NCBI RefSeq assembly: GCF_006345805.1
Contig: NC_043024.1
Location: 10,354,001 to 10,418,000, forward strand
Direction: 5' to 3'
Source: Octopus sinensis
Taxonomy: Eukaryota
Length of the DNA stretch: 64,000 nucleotides
In this document: positions 1 to 11,914 of the stretch, piece after piece
How positions within the stretch are numbered: position 1 is the first letter of the stretch
How the letters are laid out: every line of letters starts with the position of its first letter
Notes under the pieces: model-generated
The model's database searches: none
Told to the model about the DNA's origin: nothing
Seen by the model: only the letters and a program-made list of their open reading frames with translations
Position numbers and translations under genes: made by a program

Positions 1-473
1 TGGCACATAAAAAGCACCCCATCTTATATATATATGGTGGCACGTAAAAAGCACCAACTGATCGTGGCCGTTTGCCAGCCTCCTCTGGCCCCTGTGCCAC
101 TGGCACGTAAAAAGCACCCACTACACTCTCGGGTGTGGTTGGCATTAGGAAGGGCATCCAGCTGTAGAAACACTGCCAGATCAGACTGGAGCCTGGCACA
201 GCCTCCTGGCTTTCCAGACCCCGGTTGGACGATTTGACTGAGGACTGGCAAACCAGATGGCTGCACCAGGCTCCAGTCTGATCTGGCAGTGTTTCTACAG
301 CTGGATGCCCTTCCTAATGCCAACCACTCAGAGTGTAGTGGGTGCTTTTACATGCCACCGGCACAGGGGCCAGTCAGGCGGTACTGGCAACGACCTAACT
401 TGAATATATTTTTCACGTGCCACCAGCACAAGTGCCAGTGAGGCGACGCTGGTAACGATATATATATTATACA

Positions 474-705
474 TATTTCTTTACTGCCCACAAGGGGCTA
501 AACACAGAGAGGACAAAGAAGGAGAGACAAACGGATTAAGTCAATTATATCAACCCCAGTGCATAACTGGTACTTAATTTATCAACCCGGAAAGGATGAA
601 AAGCAAAGCCGACCTCGGCGGAATTTGAACTTAGAACGTAACGGCAGAGGAAATACGGCTACGCATTTAGCCCGGCATGCTAACGATTCTGCCAGCTAGC
701 CACCC
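474..705 (-). mobile_element. Meta-domain tRNA SINE (family B) monomer
   Basis: GAGGTCGACTTTGCCTTTCATCCTTTCGGGGTCGATAAATTAAGTACCAG resembles the Meta/Sauria-SINE domain; box B GAGTTCAAAT; AAAGAAATA tail. Confidence 0.85.
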
Positions 706-978
706 TAATATATATATTATACAGAGAGAGAGAGGGGTTTCTTCCCATTTCTGTCTATCAAATCCACTCACAAGGCTTTGGTCAACCCAAGGATTTAGTA
801 GAAGAAACTTGCTCAAGGTACCACACAGTGGGACTGAGCCCAAAATTATTTGGCAGCAAAGCTAACTTCTTAACCACACAGCCATGCTTGTACCCATACA
901 TTACACACACGATCTGTGGAAAGCTGTCCAATCCATGCCGGCATAGGAAAACAAACACAAAACGAAGATAATTGACAC

Positions 979-1372
979 AGGCGCAGGAGTGTCTGTGTGG
1001 TAAGTAGCTTGTTTACCAACCACATGGTTTCGGGTTCAGTCCCACTGCGTGGCACTTTGGTCAAGTGTCTTCTGCTATAGCCTCGGGCCAACCAAAGCCT
1101 TGTGAGTGGATTTGGTAGACGGAAACTGAAAGAAGCCCGTCGTATATATGCGTGTGTGTGTCTGTGTTTGTCCCTCTAGCATTGCTTGACAACCAATGTT
1201 GGTGTGTTTATGTCCCCGTTACTTAGCGGTTCGGTTAAAAAGAGACCGATAGAATAAGTACTGGGCTTACAAAAAAAGAATAAGTTCCGGGGTCGAGTTG
1301 CTCGATTAAAGGCAGTGCTCCAGCATGGCCGCAGTCAAATGACTGAAACAAGTAAAAGAGTAAAGAGAGAGT
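979..1372 (+). mobile_element. CORE-type tRNA-derived SINE (family A), full length
   Basis: Box A/B head (GGCTGTGTGG, GGTTCAGTCC), MIR-like CORE GCACCTTGGGCAAGTG, central TA/CA microsatellite, AGTAAAAG tail; about 30 copies or fragments in the window. Confidence 0.9.
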
Positions 1373-1405
1373 ACAAAAAACTGAGGTAAAACAAAAGCTT
1401 GTTAC

Positions 1406-1546
1406 CAAGAGAGGGCTTCACTGAAGGAGACGACAAGTATGGGAAAGACGAAGCAGCAGTAGAATTATCCCAATGCCACAGGGAACCATCTTCGGAGCAA
1501 GTGAATAAATGGTTGGGATAGGCTGAGTGGAATTTCACTTCCCACA
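1406..1546 (-). CDS. NUP43: Nup43 coding exon 7 (LWEVKFHSAYPNHLFTCSEDGSLWHWDNS...KPSLG); final exon lies outside the window
   Basis: TTTCAG acceptor; near-identity to human WEVHFHPSNPEHLFTCSEDGSLWHWD; donor G|GTAACA at 1405 is the less certain boundary; 141 nt. Confidence 0.9.
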
Positions 1547-1755
1547 CTGAAACAGAAAACAAAACATCGGAGATGAGTTACAGTTAAAGGGATTAAAACA
1601 AATTAAAATGATCGTTTTTGGAACGGTGAATCTCGTAGCAGATAAAGCTATACAATGATAGCATGTAAATACTGTTTAAAATAAAATTTTAAAAAAAATC
1701 TTGGAGAGAAAAAGTCAGTGTTGAGCAGCCTTTAACTTTTTCTATCTAATGATTT

Positions 1756-2210
1756 TATTTCTTTATTGCCCACAAAGGGCTAAGCAGAGGGGACAAACAA
1801 GGACAGATAAATGGATTAAGTCGATTATATCGATCTCAGTGCGTAACTGGTACTTAATTTATCGACCCTGAAAGGATGAAAGGCAAAGTCAACCTCGGCG
1901 GAATTTGAACTCAGAACGTAATAGCAGACGATATACCGCTAAGCATTTCGACCAGCATGCTAACGTTTCTGCCAGCTCACCGTGTTTCTATCTTATTTCT
2001 TTATTACCCACAAGGGGCTAAACATAGAGGGGACAAACAGATTAAGTCAATTACATGAACCCCAGTGCATAACTAGTACTTAATCTATCGACCCCGAAAG
2101 GATGAAAGGCAAAGTTAACCTCGGCAGAATTTGAACTCAGAACGTACGGCAGACGAAATACCGCTAAGCATTTCGCCCAGCATGCTAACGATTCTGCCAG
2201 CTCGCTGCAT
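1756..2210 (-). mobile_element. SINE family B, two adjacent copies
   Basis: Two consecutive monomers. Confidence 0.85.
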
Positions 2211-2596
2211 TTTTATCTAACTCAATATTCATACACTATAGGGCACTGTGGTGTTGTGTCTGTCACTTGTAGTGTCCCCCTCAGTGTTAGTGGCCGTGGT
2301 ACCAAATACAGAAATACAGTAGTAGTAGAGTTGTTGTATGAGTTCTTAGTTGGAGTCAGTGCCAGTTACGTGATGTATACGAGTTCAAGTTACCGTCAAG
2401 GCAGACATTACAAAGTCGTCGTCTTGCGTAGCTATTAGCGACAGCACAAGAGACGAGTCAAAGATACCACCACAACATAGTAATGGTAACAAGAACATTA
2501 CAGTGCTGACAGCAACATACAAGCGAACAAGGATCCACGTTATAACAATATGGGACAAGGGGTAACAAACATGGGCGTTTAGGGCAAACTTTTGAA

Positions 2597-2806
2597 AATG
2601 CTTTGGACAGGCAAAGGGTTAACCAGTTCATCTCTGGTTCTAGTCTGGTGGTTTTCTTTAAATTCCACCTGAAAAGACAAATAGAACTAGAGAAGAGGGG
2701 CCTGAGTAAGAAAGTGTTCAATGAAAGATGGAAGAATGTTGTGAGTAAAAGGTCCCTCATAAATACGAGATAGGCCGAAAAGGAAAAAAGAGAAAAAAAA
2801 ACATAA
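2597..2806 (+). mobile_element. Possible L1/Tx1-type LINE ORF2 C-terminal fragment with A-rich end
   Basis: Frame FFKFHLKRQIELEKRGLSKKVFNERWKNVV followed by an A-rich tract. Confidence 0.4.
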
Positions 2807-3041
2807 GGTCAAGTGTCGTGGTGGGGTCCGTAGACCCGCCCCACTCCATTTGTGAAATTGTCTAGTTGAATGTCTTGTCGTCCGAAAATGTATAATCATC
2901 ATTAAATTTTTAATTGACCCCAAATGCTTAATTATGTAAAAAACATTCGTGATTGTTTTGTCTGTATTTGTTGAACCGAAATGGTGAATAAAGAAAAACA
3001 GTTCTCGTAAAAGATAGCAGCAAGTGGCAAACATAACTTAC

Positions 3042-3193
3042 GTGGTCCTGTGTGACCTCCAAGCAATGTGACTGGGTTTGTTTTCTGCCGGAGATCCCAG
3101 AGACAAAGACTGCCATCAACTGTCCCCGTGGCAACGAGATGCTGTTGGCTCGGATGCTTCGCTGCACACATCAAAGACACTTGTTCTCCAGAC
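3042..3193 (-). CDS. NUP43: Nup43 coding exon 6 (SGEQVSLMCAAKHPSQQHLVATGTVDGSLCLWDLRQKTNPVTLLGGHTGP)
   Basis: CGGCAG acceptor, C|GTAAGT donor; similar to human HPNQQHVVATGGQDGMLSIWDVRQ; 152 nt. Confidence 0.95.
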
Positions 3194-3534
3194 CTGCCGA
3201 AATATAGGGGGAAAAAAAAAGGACACGTTAGATAAGGAGATTCTACATAATCTTTACAGAGGAGATGGTCATGGCAGGAAAGCCACTGACCATACAAGAG
3301 TTCAATCTCAGCTGAACAGCAATTTCATTGGGCAATCAGTCACGGCATCATTTCACCATTCAATTTGTCAAAGAAGATTTTTCTGTTGCTGGATGCTTTT
3401 CCTGTCACCCACCTTTACCCGATTTCCAGGCAAGGTAATATTCTTTTAGTCTTTCCAACACAGCCAGACACGTTTTCACAAAAGACTACAAACAACTGAC
3501 ACCAATTTTTCATGAACAATGACTGTTTACAATA

Positions 3535-4497
3535 CTGTAAATCCTCGAGTATGGTCCGCCCTTGATTTTTAGAGAGCTGTACCTCTGGAAAACCTAAACC
3601 TTGTGTATAATACGCACCCCTTCTCTAACTTGAGTCAAGGAGGTCTATATAATGTCCTTGGTTTGTAAAAATGTATACGGTAACGTCCTTTATTATTATT
3701 TATAGTCCGCCCTTGAGTATAATACGCAGGGGATTTTTAGGGAGCTGTACCTCTGAAAAACCTAAACCTTGTGTATAATTCTCTCACTTGAGTGAAGGAG
3801 GTCTATATAACGTCCTTGGTTTGTAAAATTGTATACAGTAACGTCCTTTATTATTATTGTATATATAACATAATGCAAACGTGTAGCTTTTTTGTGCATT
3901 TTGTTTGCAGAAAATAAAGAAATAACAGTAATAACGTTTAATAAATGTTGCTTACTGCAAGTTATGGATGATTCTTTTACGACTTCATTGCTTTCAGGCT
4001 TAGCTTAAGGTATTTTCGTGCCCGACATCACAAAATGCGTCTGAATAAACATTGCCGGACAGCAAATAGAGACTCGGACATTGCTTAGAAAATACTTTTC
4101 ATTTTTAACCTCGTATATAGTGCGTGTGTGTGGAGGTGCAATGGCCCAGTGGTTAGGGCAGCGGACTTGCGGTTGTGATTCCCAAACCGGACGTTGTGAG
4201 TGTTTATAGAGCGAAAACACCCAAAGCTCCACAAGGCTCCGGCAGGGGGTGGTGGCTATCCCTGCTGTACTCTTTCGCCACAACTTTCTCTCACTCTTTC
4301 TTCTGTTGGCCTGCTCGCTTAGCCAGCGGGGTGGCATCATTTGAAGGCCAAAACAATGCAAAGCGCATTGTGACCAGCGATGTGTAGCAACATCTGACAG
4401 CCTGGTCGGTCACAGTGATCAGTGATATAGTACACACTAGGGATTTTGACCTTTAAATTTTGGGGAAAAAATGCGGATTATACTCAAAGATTTACGG
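3535..4497. mobile_element. Tc1/mariner(pogo)-type non-autonomous element, about 27-bp TIRs, TA TSD, with internal tandem duplication and nested SINE D
   Basis: TA-CTGTAAATCCTCGAGTATGGTCCGC ... GCGGATTATACTCAAAGATTTACGG-TA. Confidence 0.75.
4132..4422 (+). mobile_element. tRNA-derived SINE family D (head related to C, different tail)
   Basis: GTGGAGGCGCAATGGCCCAGTGGTTAGGGCAGCGG head; copies at 5364-5730 (variant tail), 36112-36418, 46123-46408, 59522-59676 (-). Confidence 0.85.
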
Positions 4498-4984
4498 TAA
4501 GCATACAATGTCAAGGAGGAACACACACACACAACCACATACCCACATGTAATAAGAAGTGTGCTTCCCAGTTATATGGTTGGGTTCAGTCCCCTTATAT
4601 GGCACATTGGGCAAGGGTCCTCTACTATAACCCCAAGCCAACCAAAGCCTTATTAACGAAAAAAAATAAGTACCAGTCCAGTCAGTCCTGGGGACAATGT
4701 AATTGATTTACCCCTCCCCTCAAAAACTGCTGACTCTGAGCAAAAATTTGAAATCATTATTAATGTAGGTACCCAATACACTTCAGCCAACCATGTAGCA
4801 AGGGGCATGCTTCTTTCTATAGATAGTTTAACCAATAAAGGGTTTTTTTCAGTCAATAAACTATATTTTAATTCCCCTTCATTAAACACTAATAATTACA
4901 AATATATACCTATAAAGTGCTAAATGTCTTGTTCTGTATCATGCACTCACATATATATACAAAATTAAATAAATATTGTGAGGT

Positions 4985-5330
4985 ATACTTGCCATCTCAA
5001 TATGGCTAACCACTAAGGGTGGGTGTTACTGTAGCTTGTAGCCCCAGGAGAACACCTCCTCCAGCTGGCTTTAGGTACACTTTCTGTGCCCTATCGGTAT
5101 TTGCAAAGGGAGGTCATCCCTTCCTCGTCAACTTAAGTGATACGCACTGACTGCAGTTTCTAGGTTTTGACCTGTCGTCAGTGTATGACAATCACCGGTT
5201 TTCGATGAAAGGGGTCCCAATGCAAATCCTTATATCGTTTTTCCAGTAACTTTTCGTCACTGATCTCGAAAAACTGTGTGCAAGCAATAATAAATCTCTC
5301 ATACCTCTAGCACAAAAAAAAAGGGGACTG
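4985..5330 (-). mobile_element. Probable Penelope-like element 3' fragment/pLTR
   Basis: Degenerate frame ERFII..DEKLLEKR (weakly like the PLE C-terminal EK..I...LLNKR motif) directly upstream of the hammerhead-like motif; related fragment at about 42370-42460. Confidence 0.3.
5141..5187 (-). ncRNA. Hammerhead-like motif (Penelope-type), stem I imperfect
   Basis: CAUACA-CUGACGA-C-AGGU(CAAA)ACCU-A-GAAA-CUGCAG-UC-AGUGCG: core elements in the correct order with a palindromic loop 3. Confidence 0.4.
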
Positions 5331-6119
5331 AATGTCCAATCAGCAAGGTCAAATGTTTAATTCTATGGCCCAGTGGTTAGGGCAGCGGACTCGCGGTCGT
5401 AGGATCGCAGTTTCGATTCCCAGACCGGGCATTGTGAGTGTTTATTGAGCGAAAACACCTAAAAGCTCCACGAGGCTCCGGCAGGGGATGGTAGTGATCC
5501 CTGCTGTACTCTTTCACCACAACTTTCTCTCACACTTACTTCCTGTTTCTGTTGTACCTGTATTTCAAAGGGCCGGCCTTGTCACTCTCTGTGTCACGCT
5601 GAATCTCCTCGAGAACTACGTTAAGGGTACACGTGTCTGTGGAGTGCTCAGCCACTTGTACGTTAATAAATGAGCCGCAACGTCAATGGTGCCAAGCTGT
5701 ATCGGATAACATCTAGCAAAGTGAAACGTAAAAAGCACCCACTACACTCACGGAGTGGTTGGCGTTAGGAAGGGCATCCAGTTGTAGAAACACTGCCAGA
5801 ACAGACTTGAGCCTGGCGCAGCCATCTGGCTTCCCAGACCCCGGTCGAACCATCCAACCTTTGCTAGCATGGATAACATTGGTGGTGTGGAGAGGAGAGG
5901 CCGGTATGCATGGGCAACTGCTAGTCTTCCATAAAACAACCTTGCCCAGACTTGTGTCTGGGAGGGTAACTTTCTAGGTGCAATCCCATGGTCATTCATG
6001 ACCGAAAGGGGGTCACAATCACATGTCTTGGATCAAAGACAACGGGGGCTCCAAATAGCAACAAAAATACACTAACAAAATTCAATAAAAATTAAACTTT
6101 TAAAAAAATGAAAATTTAC

Positions 6120-6255
6120 AGGAACAACGTCTGTGGCGTTTCCGAGGGGTTGGCTCGCAAGTCGAAAATCTTCAGCTGTCCTGTGGAATTTGTGATGAGG
6201 ATCTCGTTCTGTCGCAGGAATGTGATACTATTAATGGTGCAGCTATCTGCTTTGT
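6120..6255 (-). CDS. NUP43: Nup43 coding exon 5 (DKADSCTINSITFLRQNEILITNSTGQLKIFDLR...TLFL)
   Basis: TTTCAG acceptor, CT|GTAAAT donor; similar to human ADSSTLHAVTFLRTPEILTVNSIGQLKIWDFR; 136 nt. Confidence 0.94.
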
Positions 6256-7759
6256 CTGAAACAAAAGAGGAATCAATGGAAAAACATATATCCTCAGTCG
6301 CATGACATTTATCCAAGAATCTTAACATTTTGCAACAACCCATTTGACATAGCCCTTGGTTCTATTATAGTGGTTTGCTTATGCTACCTTAAGCTTTCTC
6401 TTAGGTTATACTAGCATTAAAGACCCATCGTTGCCGGGTCATAGTGCTAGTGCATGTATATATGTATCTATATGTGTGTACATATTACATGTACATCTAT
6501 ATATATACATCTACACATAAAATGCAAAATACAAAGTTATATCTTGATATCGCTAGTGATAATAATATACTCAAAATATATAACAGACTGGAATTGTTAG
6601 CCCGTCTCTTGTAATTTCGATCAATTGGAATCTTGTCCTCCCTCTTGTATAGAAGTGTGGCTACAATCCAGCCTACCTCTACTGCTGGGGTGGGGGGGAC
6701 ATTTTAAATTTTTATCCAGGACGTCCTACGTCCCAGATATAAAGGTAATAATAAAATATTTCCACTTTGCAAGTTCGAGTCAAATACTCCCTTGCACGCT
6801 CCATTGACTCGAACCTTGCTTCTATTGTGGCGAATTTACCGCCTCTGGTTAGATATCTTTCAGAGTCGCACCAAGACACTTTTCAATGGTGCTTTCCTCC
6901 AGGTGTTCAAATCCTTTTTCTCTACATTGTATACTTTATAGACAATAGTCTTTTATTTAATTTAATTTTTTATTATCCATCTGGACTATTCCATTTCTGC
7001 ACGCTAATTATATTTTTAATTTATTCCCATTCATGTGAAACCACTTATTCAAGTTCAAATCATTGATGCAATTTTATACCAATTGCTATTTTTACTTTTG
7101 TATGTTACGATTATATTATACTTTAGTTTGATTTTAATTATTACTTACTACATATAATTCAATTGTTATTATTATATCTAATTTTTATTGTTAAAGTGAA
7201 AGCATCTGACATAAAATAGAGAAATGTTTTTGTTTCACTTTTAACATGTAATACTGAAATAGTGGAGAAGATATGATATTGCTATGGGCTCACTCTAGGC
7301 AAGAAGTTAAACATTTTTTTTTGCCGATGACACTCCCTGGACCCTAAGTAAGGCATGTGTAAAATTTGAATGAAATTGGTTGTGTAGTTCTCAAGTTTTA
7401 GGGAAACACACAGACAGACAGACACACATTCTCAGTTTTATATATATTTAGATTATTTTATTTGGCTTTTTTTCTGAGTAAGAGAGAATATAATGATTCA
7501 ACGTCACTTATACTTAAGTGTTATCATTATACCTAAAACCCTAACTACAGTATATAACGTCATAGAGACATATACGCATGAAACGCTATGAATATTAACG
7601 ACATGTATGTTGAATATTTTCTTTTCTTCGTTCTTCCTTTAAACCGCTATAGAAATATAAATTAAGGATTACAGAAATGTATACTTATTTATGCTCAGTT
7701 GAAAAACAAACGTGAAGAAGAAAACATTTTCTTAATTAGCCTTCTCTTATTTTTTTTTT

Positions 7760-8131
7760 CTCTTTTACTTGTTTCAGTCATTTGACTGCGGCCATGCTGG
7801 AGCACCGCCTTTAGTCAAGCAAATCAACCCCGGGACTTATTCTTTGTAAGCCCAGTACTTATTCTATCGGTCTCTTTTGCCGAACCGCTAAGTGACGGGG
7901 ACGTAAACACACCAGCATCGGTTGTCAAGCAATGCTAGGGGGACAAACGCAGACACACAAACACATACATATATATGACAGGCTTCTTTCAGTTTCCGTC
8001 TACCAAATCCACTCACAAGGCATTGGTCGGCCCGGGGCTATAGCAGAAGACACTTGCCCAAGATGCCACGCAATGGGATTGAACCCGGAACCATGTGGTT
8101 GGTAAGCAAGCTACTTACCACACAGCCACTC
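7760..8131 (-). mobile_element. SINE family A
   Basis: Full-length match to the family consensus. Confidence 0.9.
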
Positions 8132-8885
8132 TAGCTTTATTATATAAATATAACATTTTATATTATTTACAGTAGGAAAGAAAGATAATGTTGTCGTGTA
8201 GAAGAACGACTATAAATTCATTAACTAATTCGTAATTCTAACTAATACATTAATCAACAAATCAAAATAGACTTGTGATTAACTTTAGACATGGCATGAA
8301 AATTACCGATGTCTCAAAAGAGTGAGTGTTGTGGAGTTTAGTGACATCCAACAAACACTGAAATTTTTCCCAAAATCCAGGGTTTTTATAACTGTTAAAC
8401 TTGACTTAAAAGAATCGAAATCCATTACAATTATTCTTTACGAAACTTTTAGAATCTTTATATGAGCAGTTATATTAACCAATGGAAAAAAACGAAAATG
8501 ATAATTCTTCGGCTAAAATGGTTATTGCTAAACTATGATAAAAAATTCTTGTTTAAAGTGATCCGAATTTAAACCTTCCACGTTCCAAAACTCTGCGAAA
8601 TAAAGACAAAATTAGTTTACTAAATTTGTCATTTCTTTCAAAATTAATGGAAACTGCAGTGTAGGAGGTGGTATCAAAACCTTCTCAGACTAGTTCTATA
8701 GCACCCCAACAGATGGCAGCATAGAGTTACACATGCAAGGAGAGCTAGCAGTGGCCTTCATGGGGCAGTGTGCCAAGTGACATCACTGACTTCACAAGTT
8801 GGGAAATTTGTGGTTTTTTGTGATCTTGTGTATGCTATAGTCTGCAGTTTTGTCATGGACAGGAAATTATGCATTAAACTTGGGA

Positions 8886-9302
8886 AGGTGCAGGAGTGGC
8901 TGTGTGGTAAGTAGCTTGCTTACCAACCACATGGTTCCGGGTTCAGTCCTACTGCGTGGCACCTTGGGCAAGTGTCTTCTACTATAGCTTCGGGCCGAAC
9001 AAAGCCCTGTGAATGGATTTAGTAGACGGAAACTGAAAGAAGCCCATCGTATATATATATATATGTGTATATGTGTGTATATTTGTGTGTGTGTATGTTT
9101 GTGTGTCTGTGTTTGTCCCCGCAACATTGCTTGACAACCAATGCTGGTGTGTTTACATCCTCGTAACTTAGCGGTTCGGCAAAAGACACCAATAGAATAA
9201 GTACTACTCGTAGGCTTACAAAGAATAAGTCCCGGGGTCGATTTGCTCGACTAAAGGCGGTGCTCCAGCATGGCCACAGTGAAATGACTGAAACAAGTAA
9301 AA
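8886..9302 (+). mobile_element. SINE family A, ending about 15 bp from the NUP43 exon 4 donor
   Basis: Full-length match. Confidence 0.9.
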
Positions 9303-9321
9303 CACACGGAATTAGACTTAC

Positions 9322-9484
9322 CAATGCATTTGGTGATGTTTTTCTTCTCTAAGTTTAAAACACAAATTTTGCCATCTTCGCCGCCGGTCACTAAGACATC
9401 TTCTCTATGTCCAACGCACGTACAGGGACAGGATATCAAATTATAGCCATGAAGGTTCTTCCATGTCTGTACACATTCCACAGC
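9322..9484 (-). CDS. NUP43: Nup43 coding exon 4 (AVECVQTWKNLH...LVTGGEDGKICVLNLEKKNITKCI)
   Basis: Pyrimidine tract + CTCCAG acceptor, G|GTAAGT donor; WD40 VTGGEDG motif; 163 nt. Confidence 0.93.
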
Positions 9485-9534
9485 CTGGAGAAAGACAGAG
9501 AGGAAAAACAAAAATAAAATAGATGGAAATTGTA

Positions 9535-10110
9535 GTGGCACATAAAAAGCACCATCTGAACGTGGCTGATGCCAGCACTGCCTTGACTGGCTTCTGTGTT
9601 GGTGGCACGTAAAAAGCATCATCCGAATGTGGCCGATGCCAGCACTGCCTTGACTGGCTTGTGTTGGTGGCACGTAAAAAGCATCATCCGAATGTGGCCG
9701 ATGCCAGCACTGCCTTGACTGGCTTGTGTTGGTGGCACGTAAAAAGCATCATCCGAATGTGGCCGATGCCAGCGCTGCCTTGAGTGACTTCTGTGCCGGT
9801 GGCACGTAAAAAGCACCATCCGAATGTGGCCGATGCCAGCACCGCCTTGACTGGCTTCTGTGTCGGTGGCACGTAAAAAGCACCAACCGATCATGGCCGT
9901 TGCCAGCCTCGCCTGGCACCTGTGCCGGTGGAACGTAAAAAGCACCTACTACACTCACAGAGTGGTTGGCATTAGGAAGGGCATCCAGCTGTAGAAACAT
10001 TGCCAGATCAGACTGGAGCCTGGTGCAGCCTCCTGGCTTCCCAGACCCCAGTTGAACCATCCAACCCATGCTAGCATGGAAAGTGGACGTTAAGCGATGG
10101 TGATGATGAT
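9535..10110 (+). mobile_element. RTE-tail-like repeat with internal 62-67 bp VNTR and (GAT)n tail
   Basis: GGTTGGCATTAGGAAGGGCATCC motif; units starting GTGGCACGTAAAAAGCA at 9535, 9602, 9667, 9732, 9799, 9866, 9928; other copies at about 36-460, 5727-5875, 12005-12410, 22665-23000, 35670-36085, 42712-44010, 47870-48065, 48615-48740, 54720-54975, 59220-59420. Confidence 0.75.
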
Positions 10111-10387
10111 GTTTAATGATCCAGAGATAATGTCTACATAAAAAAACCATTTGCCAAAACTAAATGGCTTTTTATCAGTTTCAATATTAAGTGTGGCCAT
10201 GTGGTAAGAAGCTTGCTTCCCAACCACATGGTTCTGGGTTCAGTCCCACTGCGAGACACTTTGGGGAAGAATCTTCTATTATAGCCTTGGCCAACCGAAC
10301 CTCTGTGAGTGGATTTGGTAGATGGAAACTGAAAGAAGCCCATCATATGCATATATGTGTGTCTGAGTGTTTATTTATTATTTTGTA

Positions 10388-10686
10388 TGTTCCTTCTCGA
10401 GCCATGCCTGGCTCATAAGGGCCGGTTTCCCGGTTTCCTTGGCGTATAGGTTCCCCACCTGGACAGAACACCGGTCCATCGCAGGTGAGCTGCAAGATGC
10501 AGGAGGAAAGAGTGTGAGAAAGTTGTGTCAAAAGAGTCAGCAGAAATTTGCCATTATCTTCTGCCAGAGTCGCGTGGAGCTTACTTGTTTCTCTCATAAA
10601 CACGCACATCGCCCAGTTTGAGATTCAAACCCACGATCCCTCGACCGCGAGTCCGCTGCTCTAACCACTAGGCCATGTGCCTCCAC
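10388..10686 (-). mobile_element. tRNA-derived SINE family C (GTGGAGGC head, V-like tail), nested in a family A SINE
   Basis: Head GGCCTAGTGGTTAGAGCAGCGG..GGTTCGAATC; tail CTGCGACGGACCGGCGTCCCGTCCAGG; other copies at 11236-11532, 11549-11765, 37597-37903, 60885-61150, 62169-62460. Confidence 0.85.
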
Positions 10687-11914
10687 TGAGTGTTTGGCCC
10701 CCGCCCACTGCTTGACAATTAGTGTTGGTGTGTTTACGTCCCTGTAACTTAGCAGTTCAGCAAAAGAAACTGATAGAATAAATACCAGGCTTTAAAAAAA
10801 AATAAATACTGGAGTCGATACATTTGATTATAAATTCTTGAAGGCGGTGCCCCAGCATGGCCTCAGTCTAATAACTGAAACAAGTAAAAGCTTAAAAGCG
10901 CATCATCATCATCATCATCATCATCATCCTTAACGTCTGTTTTCAATGCTGGCAAGGATTGGATGGTTTTGACAAGGGGTGGGCACCTGAAGAGCTGCCT
11001 GGGCCCCAAGTCAGTTTGGACATGGTCCCTACGGCTGTGTACTGGGTGCTTTTCACATGGCACCGGCAATGCCTACTCTGGCATGGTTTTTATGGTTGGA
11101 TTCCCTTCCTAATGGCCACCACTTTACAGTCAGGTGCAGGCATGGCTGTGAGCTAAGAAGTTTGCTTCTAGACCTCATGGTTCTGAGTTCAGTCCCACTG
11201 TGTTGCAGCTTGGGCAACTGTCTTCTCCTATTAGGAGGCACACAGCCTAGTGGTTAGAGCAGTGGACTCGCGGTCGAGGGATCGCGTGTTTCAAATCTCA
11301 GACCGGGCGATGTGTGTGTTTATGAGGGAAACACCTAAGCTCCACACAGGTCCGGCAGAAGGTAATGGCGAACTTCTGCTGACTCTTTCGCCACAACTTT
11401 CTCTCACTATTTCCTCCTGCATCTTGCAGCTCACTTGCAAAGGACCAGCGTCCCGTCCAGGTGGGGAACCTATATGCCAAGGAAACCAAGAAACTGGCCC
11501 TTATGAGCCAACGATGGCTTGAGAAGGAACAAACATTATTATTATTATTGTGGTGGCACATGGCCTGGTGGTTAGAGCAGCGGACTCGTGGTCAAGCGAT
11601 CGCAGGTTTGAATCTCAGACCGGGCGATGTGTGTGTTTATGTGTGAAACACCTAAGCTCCACATGGCTCTGGCAGTTCACCTGCGACGGACCGACGCCCT
11701 GTCCAATACTCCAAGGAAACCGGCCCTTATGAGTCAAGCATGGCTCGAGAAGTAACAAACAAATAAAACCAAACCACTTTACAGAGTGGACTGGATGCTT
11801 TTATGTATAACCAGTACAAGTATAATGTATGTTCTATCCATCTCAGGAAGAAAAAATAAAACACACACACCAGAACTCTGGCCTGTCAAATTCACTCACA
11901 AGGCTTTGGTCAGA

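Noticed and set aside
1-1405. NUP43 terminal exon
   Set aside because: Region is all repeats; no SVNTLDV/CGTD-like coding sequence found, so the exon is outside the window.
4132-4200. tRNA genes at SINE heads (also 18105-18185, 62169-62240)
   Set aside because: Box A/B present but no complete cloverleaf or acceptor stem; each continues into a SINE body.
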